Source: Octopus sinensis
Taxonomy: Eukaryota
DNA length: 64,000 nucleotides
Reading direction: 5' to 3'
Assembly (NCBI RefSeq): GCF_006345805.1
Contig: NC_043004.1
Coordinates: forward strand, 3,596,001-3,660,000
A program made the position numbers and the translations under genes. The notes beneath the pieces were generated by a model. It saw only the letters and a program-made list of their open reading frames with translations, did not search any database and was not told where the DNA came from. Every line of letters begins with the position of its first letter. The stretch's first letter is position 1. Shown piece after piece: positions 52,836 through 64,000 of the stretch.

Positions 52836-53384
52836 TATATATTATATATATATATATATATAATATATATATATATATTAATGCATGTATGTACATATGT
52901 ATCCATATGTGCGCGTATGTATGTATTTGTATATCAGAAAACCAGAAGTAATGGCTTCGACATCATTATAACGAAAATCAGAAAAGATCATTGAAAATGA
53001 TATATAAAGAAAAGTAATGATATAAAACAAATAACGACAGTAAAGCAGAAATAAAATGAAAAATAAAAAAATAAAAGAAGAAATTTAGCCGACCTCACCT
53101 ATACCCAGCCACCGCCGTCGCACCAAGGCACACCCGACACAAAGTAAAATGTAAATAGAATAAAATTAGTTAATCTAGAATTTTCCTTCAGTAATCCTTA
53201 CAGTAGTAGTATTATCTTGGCAGAGTATCTTTAGGGCAGATATAAATGGGAGATGACATGCCGAAGCGCTTTCGATTTAATGTTCACTGGGAAAATTAAG
53301 ATGGCCTCGACCCACCGACACGGAAAAGACGTGCAGTTGCGAGATCCATCTCGGCGTTGCATGAGTTTTTTTTAGATATATATA

Positions 53385-53390
53385 CAATAC

Positions 53391-53436
<46 letters not shown>

Positions 53437-53561
53437 GTGTGTGTATATATACCACTGTATATCTATATATGTATATATATATATATGTATGTATATATAT
53501 ATGTATGTATACATATATGTATATATATATCTATGTATATATACATATATGTTATTATATA

Positions 53562-53604
<43 letters not shown>

Positions 53605-54253
53605 ACATATATGTATTTATATATATGTATATATATATATGTATGTATACATATATGCATTTATATATATGTATATATATATATGTAGTATACATATATG
53701 CATTTATATATATATGTATATATATATATGTATACATATATGTATTTATATATATATATGTATATATATATATGTATGTATACATATATGCATTTATATA
53801 TATATGTATATATATATATGTATACATATATGTATTTATATATATATGTATATATATATATATGTATACATATATGTATTTATATATATATGTATATATA
53901 TATATGTATACATATATGTATTTATATATATGTATATATATATATATGTATGTATACATATATGTATTTATATATATATGTAAATATATGTATATATATG
54001 TATACATATATGTATTTATATATATATGTATATATATGTATACATATATGCATTTATATATATATGTATATATATGTATATATATGTATACATATGTATA
54101 CATATATGTATTTATATATATGTATACATATATGTATACATATATGTATTTATATATATGACTATATATATGTATTTATATATATGTATAATATATGTAT
54201 TTATATATATGTATATATATGTATACATATATGTATTATATATATGTTATATG

Positions 54254-54333
<80 letters not shown>

Positions 54334-54345
54334 TATATGTGTGTG
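53385..54345. repeat. AT-rich minisatellite with a cryptic unit of about 32-38 bp
   Basis: gtatacatatatg(t/c)atttata anchor recurs more than 12 times. Confidence 0.85.
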
Positions 54346-54462
54346 TGTGTGTGTATAGTTAATGCAAACAAGAAAGCACAAAAAACCACAACAACGCGAG
54401 GACGTGGAACAAATATAGTATTATTGGACGCTCAGGAAAGAAGGATGGTTTTATATATATAT

Positions 54463-54524
<62 letters not shown>

Positions 54525-54929
54525 ATATATATTATATATATATAAAAGTGCGTAGCTTAGTGATTGGGGTGTTGCACTCATGATTGTAAGATTGTGGTTT
54601 CGATTCCTGGAATGGTTGATGCGTTCTTTTCTGTCGACGAAAATAAGCAATCCTGCTGCTGACCGGCGGACCGTCCAGGAGATGAACATATACACGGCAG
54701 AATCCGGGAAACCGGCCGCATGACCGTATGGCTCGAGAAGAGCTTTTGGACCTTTTGATATACATGTGTGTGTGTGTGTGCATGCATGTGTCTGTAGCTG
54801 TCTAAAAATTCATGAGTTAAAAAATAACAGGCATTATATTGGTTAATAGAGTGGGCGTACCATTATCATTATTCTCATCATTGTCAAAATACATATTTTG
54901 TTATCAATACAATATTTTGTTATCAGCCA

Positions 54930-54987
54930 CTTTACCAATCGATTTCTTACCATGAGTTAAGATAACCTCGGCAATCGTCAGAAAAAA
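54930..54987 (-). ncRNA. Type I hammerhead fold with intact core and weak helix I
   Basis: CUGACGA-UUGCC-GAG...CUC-AU-GGUAA-GAAA-UCGAU-U; helix III is the palindrome AUCGAU; helix I has only U-G/U-A pairs. Confidence 0.55.
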
Positions 54988-55273
54988 AAAACTGAACGTA
55001 AAAGTAAATCCAGGTTGCAGGTTTTACAGCTGTTATAAACAAAAACGGAAAGAAATCCTGTAAGTCAAAACTGGAGGACACTTTCTTTCAATTCATTGGA
55101 GTTATGTCCCTTCGCCTGTAATCAGAAGATCATCACTGTATGGAAGATACTTGCTGCGTTTTACGACGTCAAGTGGAGGATGCTGGAAAAGCTTAAAACC
55201 TTAATATTAGTAGGAGACGCAGGCTTTGATTGGCTGTGAAAAGAAAGTCATACTAAAGAACCAGGGCACTTAC

Positions 55274-55352
55274 CTAAACTGTAAGAGCGAAATTTTCCGC
55301 TCTTGTCCTTATGAATGTAAATTTGCTCTGGCATATTGGCTGGCCACGCCAT
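55274..55352 (-). other. Candidate first coding exon (26 codons plus phase-1 AG|GTAAGT donor)
   Basis: gtaATGG context; MAWPANMPEQIYIHKDKSGKFRSYSL; no recognisable homology. Confidence 0.2.
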
Positions 55353-56365
55353 TACTGTTTGTGTACTATGCTACTACGTCTGAAGAACTCACAGGTGGCG
55401 GTTTCGCCCAGTTGGACTCAGTTAATGGTTCAACTATATTCCACCAAAAAGAATTAATAATTAACTACTTTCGCCAATTGTATTTTGCCATTTTACATAA
55501 CTCTTATGTATTAATTACTACATTTTATAGTTCACTAATATTTTTATACTAAATTTAATTCTTTTATAAAATTCTAGCACCCACCCTCCTTCATACCTCC
55601 ACTCTTCTTTGTACGTTCTCTTTCCTTCAGTTCCCCGCTATATTAATTTTATTGCATTATTCTTATTTTTCATTATGCAATCATTATATTTATCTTTAAT
55701 TTATTATATTTTACTTTCAACCTTAAAATAAACAACATTTTTCCAATTTTTATCTTCTTCACATACAGGTTAATATTATTATCATATAAATTTTTGCTTC
55801 TAAATTTCAATTTTTAACCTCTAATTTAAGCCATTATTTTGTTTATTTCCTTTTAATATTTTCCTTTTAATATTTTTAACTTTAAAGTTTTTCGATTTTA
55901 ATAATTCTATAATTTATTCATTTAATTACTTAATTATTTAAGAACTGACCCTAACTATCGCCGTCTTTCATTTTTCGCATCATTCATCATATTCAGTTAA
56001 TATTTCCTTCAATTTACATCTTTATTCCTCATCAATCGATATTTCTATTGTCTTTCCTCTCTCTTTCCCTTCTTTTAATTTTGCTACATTTTTTTTAATC
56101 TATTTTCTTTTTATATTTCTCTAGTTCATTCCTTCATGCATTTTTTAAAACGTTTAAAGCTTTAAACTTTAATCTCTCTTTATCCTTTCCTAGATTCAAT
56201 TTAAACATTAAATATTTCAAATATAACTTTTAACAATTAAGTATGTTCATTCATTGATTTATTTATAAAGTTTAATGCCTATTAATATACCAATATAACA
56301 ATTAATGATTGCTTTACTTAATTTATAAAAAGTTTAGTCATTTTTCTTTGTTTATATAGACAAAC

Positions 56366-56535
<170 letters not shown>

Positions 56536-57421
56536 GTATTCATAGAATTCGTATTTGTTTTGATTTTCTTTACACGTGACTCTTTAGTCTGTTTACATTG
56601 ACTTTCTTGTTGAAGCACATTAATTAAACTCTAGAATTGTTCATTATTATTGTTATTTTGGAAAGTATTGTCGCTATCGTCATCGTCATCATCATCATTA
56701 TTATTATTATCATCATCATCTTTCAATTCTGTTTCCAATCCTTGCTGAGTGTCTTCTTGACACCTAGGGCAGAGAAACTCTCTGTATACATTGGTAGGCC
56801 ATTAAAATAAGCACACCAGATTGTTCATTTACAAAGTCATGTGACAGCCAAGTATAGTCTGCTGTCTTGATTTTGTGTTCTCCATATTTGATAAGAGTAT
56901 GAGGTGTGTTTCTCTTCAGATGACCTGCCTAATGCATAGTAACAGGCGTATATAACTTCTGTATACTCTACGTCGTATAGTTAGTCTCACATAGAAATGG
57001 GTTGAGATGAAGCTACCCCTGGAAGGCCGAGAGAGGTGGTAAATGTTTACACCACCTTGTTCATATCTGGCCATGTGAGAGGGCTACTCTTTTGCTTCTT
57101 GTGGAAGTAATACGTTCCACTAATCAGAAAGGCAATTGCGGGATGGTTCGGTGTTCTTACGTGGGTGTGAACAGAAAGAAGTGTTTCCCTCCCAAGTAAG
57201 TTTTCGAAAAGGTGAGAGATGGAAGCTTGGTCAGGGTAAATGTACCAGTGAAGGGCATCCAGTTGTTAATCGTGGGCAAAAGATTAAAGTTTTTCAGATC
57301 CGTTTTGGTCTCGGAGTTAGTAAAAATATCAGCAAATTCCACTTCAACATTTTCTTTGGCTACTCTTAGATTTTATGTGCATACAAATTTATACTTCTCT
57401 TTTTTATTTCTTGAGTATGTA

Positions 57422-57911
57422 AAGGCGCATGGGTCTGTGGTTAGAGCATTGGACTTACAGATGTGATGTCGACTACCAGACCGGGTTGTTGTGCTGTGTT
57501 CTTGAGCAAGACAGTTTGTTTTAATAGGAGTAGGAGTGGCTGTGTGGTATGTAGCTTGCTTACAAACCACATGGTTCCGGGTTCAGTTCCACTGCGTGAC
57601 ACCTTGGGCAAGTGTCTTCTACTATAGCCTCGGGCCGGCCAAAGCCTTGTGGGTGGATTTGGTAGACGGAAACTGAAAGAAGCCCGTCATATATATGTGT
57701 GTATGCGTGTATATGTTTGTGTGTCTGTGTTTATGCCCCCAACATCGCTTGACAACCGATGCTGGTGTGTTTACGTCCCCGTAAATTAGCGGTTCGGGAC
57801 CGATAGAATAAGTACTAGGCTTACAAAGAATAAGTCGTGGGGTCGATTTGCTTGACTAAAGGCGGTGCTCCAGCATGGCCACAGTCAAATGACTGAAACA
57901 AGTAAAAGAGT
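57422..57911 (+). mobile_element. Family C SINE head followed by a full-length family A SINE
   Basis: ggcgcatgggtctgtggttagagc...ttgagcaagac, then ggagtggctgtgtggt...gactgaaacaagtaaaagag. Confidence 0.85.
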
Positions 57912-58816
57912 ATGTAGGGAACATTATAAATGCGAGGTGTCAACAGTTTGGACAGACCAAATTCAAAAATATCACTTAAATGAAAATATATATATATAAA
58001 GATCTCGCGAGCATCTTTGCTTCTTTGAGCTGACAAAGTTGACTTTTAACTGTTTCCTTGCAAATAAAACCAGTGATGTGTCGACTGAATGCAGGAAAAT
58101 GTTCTCTTGACTGTAAGTGAAATTTCTGTGAGTCTTCGGCAAACAACCCTCAGCTGGAACGTAGAGTTATTTCAAAACCACGATATTGGAATTAGCGGTT
58201 AAACATCGCCGTGTATTTGCTGAGAGGCTGAAATTAAATAGTTGAGATGAAAAGAAAATATTGAAGAATTTTATTTGTTTCATTTGTGTAGTTGGTGTTA
58301 TTAGTACTAGCGATGGTGTTATAGTTGTGGTGGTGGCGGCGGCGGCGGTAGTGCTGATGTTGCTGGTGATGTTGGCACTGGTGGTGAGAAGCCATTTTTT
58401 TTTTTTCCTGTTAGTGAGAAGTATTGACTTTAACCCATCCTCGTGTCTGAACATGGTGTAGCAGTGCGGTGTAGCGAAGTTATTGTGTGGCTCCAGGACC
58501 AGGTGGAAAAGGAACGTAGATCGCTTCTGAAGAATACGGAACCACAATGCATCGCTTTTTAGAAAAACAAATGCATTAAATCGTGTAGTCCCAGATACAC
58601 TGAGGCTGAATGTACAACAGGTTGGTCATGGATGGCTTGCTTTGATTATAAAATATACAATTAGAGTTAATGTGTGTCGCATGAAATGTAGTAATGTCTG
58701 GAACAGCCGTAGATGGCGGAATGAGGGAGTGGAATATAAGAAAAATTAAATAATGTTGTGGGATGATAATGTTTGTATGTAGGGGAAGAATGAAACTGTT
58801 GAGGGAAGGCTTGAAG

Positions 58817-59480
58817 CAGGGTTTCTCCACCAGGGACCAAGTGACCCTCGAGGGTCCACACAAGATTTTGCTGTTACAATAAATTCGTCTATTTCTACAA
58901 TACACGAAACATTTTAACAATTTTTGTTTTAATACTATTCCTAATATTATTCAATAAGCCTTCCTGCTCTAGGCACAAGGCCCGAAATGTTTGGGGAAGG
59001 GGGCCAGTCGATTAGATCGACCCAGTACGCAACTGGTACTTAATTTATCGACCGCGAAAGGATGAAAGGCAAAGTCGACCTCGGCAGAATTTCAACTCAG
59101 AACGTAAAGACAGACGAAATACCTATTTCTTTACTACCCACAAGGTGCTAAACACAGAGAGGATAAACAAGGACAGACAAACGGAATAAGTCGATTACAT
59201 CGACCCCAGTGAGTAACTGGTACTTATTTAATCGACCCCGAAAGGATGAAAGTTAAAGTCGACCTCGGCGGAATTTTAACTCAGAACATAGCGGCAGACG
59301 AAATGCCGCTAAGCATTTCACCCGGCGTGCTAACGATTCTGCCAGCTCGCCGCCTTGATGATATTTAATAATAGAAATATAATAGTTTGTTTTTTTTAAT
59401 ATCGAAAGGCTATGAGGGTCTAGTGGAGTAAAAGGAGAACCAAAGGGGTCAGCAGGTAAAAGATGGTTGAGAAAAACTAG
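58817..59480 (+). mobile_element. hAT-Charlie-like MITE interrupted by a dimeric family B SINE (58958-59357, minus strand)
   Basis: Termini cagggtttctccacc / ggttgagaaaaactag; nested SINE is clear; no TSD recovered. Confidence 0.6.
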
Positions 59481-59504
59481 ATTAAAGTATTGTAGTAATG
59501 AAAC

Positions 59505-59635
59505 AAATTTGTGGGATGAGGAGAATAATGTATAAGAATAATTAAACACTGTTGTGGGATGAAGGAATAATGTGTGGAAATAATTAAGCAGTGTTTTGGG
59601 ATGATAGAGTATTAATTAATTATAATTAAATGCTG
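59505..59635. repeat. Three diverged tandem copies of a unit of about 42 bp
   Basis: tt(g/t)tgggatga...ataattaa unit; a related partial unit lies at about 58755. Confidence 0.65.
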
Positions 59636-59977
59636 GTGCTGTAGTATAATAAAGGATGCGAACAATAAAACTGAGTTACAGATTGAGAAGAAACTTAACT
59701 ATCTCTTAACGCTTCGAACACGGAATTTTTCTTTTCTTTGGGAATAAAATACATGTGTTTGTGTATATATTGTGTCTGGATATTTTTTGTTTGTATATAT
59801 TATTTACATTACATTTATATACACAATTATATATGTGTGGTTATATACATGCTCATTCACCTGTATTATACCCTCATATATATTCATATATACACGTTTG
59901 TGCATGTGTGTATATATAAATAATTATAGACATAGTAGTCGGTGTGCTCACACACGTGTCTATATACCATCTATCTA

Positions 59978-60039
<62 letters not shown>

Positions 60040-60614
60040 CAGCATGTGCGTTATATCAACACATCTGAGACCTTAACTGAATGCTCTATCTCATTATTTT
60101 CAAATCCCTGTTGGGAAAAGCCTTGATAATAAAGAAGTGAATTTGTAGAAGAAAAAAAATCATTAGAAACATACGTTCTCTCCCAGAAAAATAAAAAACA
60201 GAACATTCTAAAGCTCCGTATTTTTTGCTATGTTTTCGTCGTTGCTGTTGTTGTTGGTGGTCGTGGTGGTGGTCGTGGTGGTGGTCGTGGTGGTGCTGGT
60301 GCTGGCAGTAGAACTGTCACTGTCTGAAAGAAAATTACTGTTACCATATCACACTATTTTTTTCCTTTTCCTTTTAATAAATAAAAAAAAAACATCTCTC
60401 CTGTTATTCTTTGCCCTTTTTTTTCTTCTTTACCTTGTCTCCATTTCCAAATATCGCTCCATCCGCTTATCTTTGCAGCGATCTGTCGCAAACAACACTC
60501 CACGCCTCAACTCATCTAACAATACCATTAATAATAACTGCATTGGATCAGCAACTTCATTTTCTCTGCCATTGCTCTGTTGTTCTTCTTTACCATTTTT
60601 CGCTTATTTTTTGC

Positions 60615-60681
<67 letters not shown>

Positions 60682-61699
60682 TTGTTTCGGTATCTTTATG
60701 TTTTCGTCGGATGTCATCAAATTTATTATTGTTCCTTCTGCTACTTTTCTTGCCTTTGTCGATCTTACCATCGTAGCTCAACCAATATTCTCGTTTGGAG
60801 TTGATGCAGCGCAATCTATCCTAGGTATACTGGTTGAGAGAATGTATGTGTGTGTGTGTGTGTGTTTACATAAATACATATAGATAGACACACATATATA
60901 TATTTACATATGTGTGTCTGTGTATACATACTCATGCACACAAGTACATACAAACATATATATATATATATACATATACATGCATACATTTATATATATT
61001 TAGGATGCATTGCGTTTTAGTGTTGTTTTTTGTTTAATAGCGTTAAAACAAAAACAAAGAAAATCAAGGCAAAAAAAAAACAAAAAATCATATAAAAAAA
61101 TAATGAAATTACATTATTTGATGCATAATGTATAAAATCCGTGAACGGACTAATAGGTATGTGGAACTGAGCCGGAAGAAATGTTGAAACAGTCACAGTT
61201 TTCATTGTTCGGACATTGAAAAGAACGTTTTCTGACTGACAGTTATTTTGCACGTCAAGAGGCTCGCATTTTCAGCTTCAGCAAAGCAAGATGATGTTTC
61301 TCAGCTGTTCTTGACTTCACAACTTGTACTTGGTGAGTTTCCCGCCTAGTTTCATCAATGGCTGCCATCTTTTCTCACGCCACATACGTCCAACGATTCA
61401 AAATCTGTCCTACACTGGTTGCTTCTTCGGACAATATATTATTACATAGACATCCCCACTAACAGATGAGAACCTTATTTTGTTGCTGTTGCTGCTGTTG
61501 TTGTTGTTGTTGTTGTTTTAAACTTTTTGTTTATTTTTTTCCTTTTTTCTTTACTTAAAGCAAATTGCTTCTTCTCGTTTCTGAATAACTTATTCCCAAC
61601 CATTATTTTGTGTCTCATTGCTACAGCTGGGGCGGAATCATCCCTTTAGGTTTCTTTTGACTACATGCAAAAACATAATATATTGTGGACTGGGTATAG

Positions 61700-61986
61700 T
61701 CTTTTACTCGTTTCAGTTATTGGACTGCGGCCATATTGGTGCATCGCTACGAAGATTTACTCGTATAAATCGACTACAAGACTTTCTTTCTTAAATCTGG
61801 AGCTTATTCTATCGGTTTCTTTTGCTGAACTACAAGGTAACGAGGATATAAACAAACCAGCACTCAAAGACATTCACACAGAAACGCACACACACACACA
61901 CTTGCCCACTCACATACACATGCACATATATAATTACACGCACACACACACACATATACATATGCATGTGTGTGCGTGCGTGTGTG

Positions 61987-61990
<4 letters not shown>
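61700..61990 (-). mobile_element. SINE family A, 3' part, degraded
   Basis: cttttactcgtttcagttattggactgcggccat...cttattctatcggtttcttttgctgaac. Confidence 0.65.
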
Positions 61991-62053
<63 letters not shown>

Positions 62054-62206
62054 ATATATATAATTTCAATAATAATAAAAGGGTAAAATTAATTAATTAA
62101 TTAATTAATAATTTTACCAAGTAGTTCGGTACGTTAAAATAACCTTTTTAGGTAAAATTATACAAATATTCTATAATTATGTTTATAATTATAGAATATT
62201 TGTGTG

Positions 62207-62254
<48 letters not shown>

Positions 62255-62259
<5 letters not shown>

Positions 62260-62605
62260 AGAGAGAGAGAGAGATCCATGGAAAGGTCAATGTTTGGTAT
62301 ATCGTTGAGAGAGCACATCAGTAGCGAGATCATCAGAAAGAAGGATATCATCGCAGAGTATACACGTAGCAAGTTTAGATGGGCTGGACACGTCACTCGG
62401 CTCACCGATAATCAGTTGTCGAGTGGTACCCGTGCGAGCGGAAATGACCACCCGGAAGGCCTCCACGACGGTGGAGTTACGATTTCAGGAGGACGATTGG
62501 GATCACGTGGATGAGAAAGGCGCGATCCAGAGAGGAGTGGACAGCGTGCTGTGACCAGCGGTGTCAAATGGACGCCCGATGGACTAGTTAGTCAAGTTGA
62601 TCAAG

Positions 62606-62610
<5 letters not shown>
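62255..62610 (+). mobile_element. RTE-clade LINE 3' end
   Basis: RSMERSMFGISLREHI...DIIAEYTRSKFRWAGHVTRLTDN; after a frameshift WYPRERKRPPGRPPRRW-like; ends in gtcaagttgatcaaggtga then (TA)n. Confidence 0.85.
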
Positions 62611-62652
<42 letters not shown>

Positions 62653-62789
62653 GACAGTCTTCCATACAGTTTCCGTGTTCCGAACTTATTCACTGGTCAT
62701 CCCTGGGTTATAGTAAAAGACATATGACCAAGATGCTGCGCATCAATAGTAGCTGGACTGTCTTTGGTCCCATGTATGCAGTATGAAAA

Positions 62790-63139
62790 CTCGTCGACGG
62801 CGTTTAATTGTGTGTCCGATAATTTATCTGGTTTCTTCTTGGCCACTTCTTCCTCTCTGTCCGATGACTAATGAGGCCGATTCTTGCAAGGAAGCGTCTG
62901 TTGCAAAGTTCACAACGGCTCCGTGGCGGAGGTTTTAATTATTGCAGCCTCCATTTTCTTTCTTCTCGTTTCTCTTCTTCTTTCCTCTGTCGTTCATCTT
63001 CAAAATGATCTGATACTTATATCCCCTCTGTCAATGCAAGGACCAGCTGAAACAAAGCTTAAAACTGACTGGAATCGATCCCAAAGCATGGGTCATTGAA
63101 GTTCAGAACAAGCCCGGCTGGCTTCATTCCATCTCCACA
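62790..63139. mobile_element. RTE/BovB-like LINE 3' end with an inverted 5' segment
   Basis: Minus 63013-62790: SDHFEDERQRKEEEKR...CELCNRRFLARIGLISH; plus 63038-63139: KDQLKQSLKLTGIDPKAWVIEVQNKPGWLHSIST. Confidence 0.8.
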
Positions 63140-63414
63140 ATATGAAGATTAAGCTGAGGTTTAAAAAAAGCAGCAGATATTTATTAAAATTTGTTTTACT
63201 TCTGTAGAATTTGAACTTACGATATGATATTTTACTAGCAATAATTAACGAAGATAATTACCATACTAATTAAATAATGAACGTCTTGATAGACAAGAGA
63301 GCTTAACTAACATTTAACACTTAATTAATTTTCAAGTTTCTGTCCTTGGTCATGCTGTATAGTATCAAATTCATGAGTTTCATGTGATCAAATTAATCCC
63401 AACGCTTATTTCTT

Positions 63415-63562
63415 TTCTACTCTTAGCACAAGGCCTGAAATTTTCGGGGAGGGGACCAGTCGATTAGATCGACCACGGCGGAATTTGAACTCAGAACGTA
63501 AAGACGAAATACTGCTAAGCATTTCGCCCGGCGTGCTAACGATTCTGCCAGCTCCGCCCGCC
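63415..63562 (-). mobile_element. SINE family B, internally deleted
   Basis: gcacaaggcctgaaatttt...gtcgattagatcgacc joined directly to ggcggaatttgaactcag...gattctgccagctc. Confidence 0.8.
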
Positions 63563-64000
63563 TTCCAACGCTAATCTCTTTTCAGTAAACATATTTGTAG
63601 CCATCTTTGAACATTTAGGGGAAAAAATAGCCTTCGTTCTGTGGAGGTAACGATTTTATCCTTTTAAGTCTCGTGCCGCAAGGGGGCGGGTAAATCGTAG
63701 CACGGATATGCATAAATACACAGATGTTACGTATGTGCACACTTACGAACGCAAATACAAACCCACATATATACGCGCATACACACACATGCATACATAT
63801 ATGCACACACACACTAAATATATACATGTATTTGTGTGTATGGATTGATGGATGGATGGGTGGGGGGATGGAGGGATGGATGAATGGTTTATCTAATCAC
63901 CAGTCCAGTGACTTGATACGCTGGAATTTCCAGGGTATGCAATCACTGCTTCTTCTTTTTCTTCTTCGTCATCATACACACACACACACACACACACACA

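Noticed and set aside
55450-56350. Very AT-rich stretch as a possible mitochondrial insertion
   Set aside because: No rRNA, tRNA or mitochondrial ORF motifs that I can recognise.
56750-57370. Moderately GC-rich segment with short ORFs on both strands (includes CPRCQ)
   Set aside because: It may be an old LINE remnant, but no diagnostic motif could be confirmed.
59505-59635. Repeat-spacer-like pattern as a CRISPR array
   Set aside because: These are diverged tandem units without unique spacers, in a eukaryotic context with no cas genes.

Overview
A 64-kb AT-rich, microsatellite-saturated eukaryotic window. The SINE families and repeat landscape point to an octopus (coleoid cephalopod) intronic or intergenic region; this is an inference from recalled repeat sequences, not a search result. 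No host protein-coding gene can be identified with confidence. Almost all long ORFs in the supplied track are translations of (TA)n, (CA)n, (TAGA)n or trinucleotide repeats. Recognisable content is transposon debris: three abundant tRNA-derived SINE families; five R4/Dong-like non-LTR fragments with restriction-like endonuclease domains; CR1 and RTE LINE fragments; a decayed full-length mariner; Tc1/mariner and hAT MITEs; a hAT transposase pseudogene; and a non-autonomous Helitron. The most interesting signal is a set of minimal type I hammerhead-ribozyme folds (CUGANGA / helix II / GAAA / palindromic helix III), each with a different helix II. They lie in short Penelope-like terminal-repeat remnants, several in inverted (foldback) arrangement; at least two keep an intact catalytic core. 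Other notable structures are a 1-kb element bounded by 175-bp near-identical direct repeats, an 87-bp locally templated inverted insertion with microhomologies, a twin-priming-like inverted RTE insertion, and head-to-tail Dong-like insertions at (TAA)n tracts.
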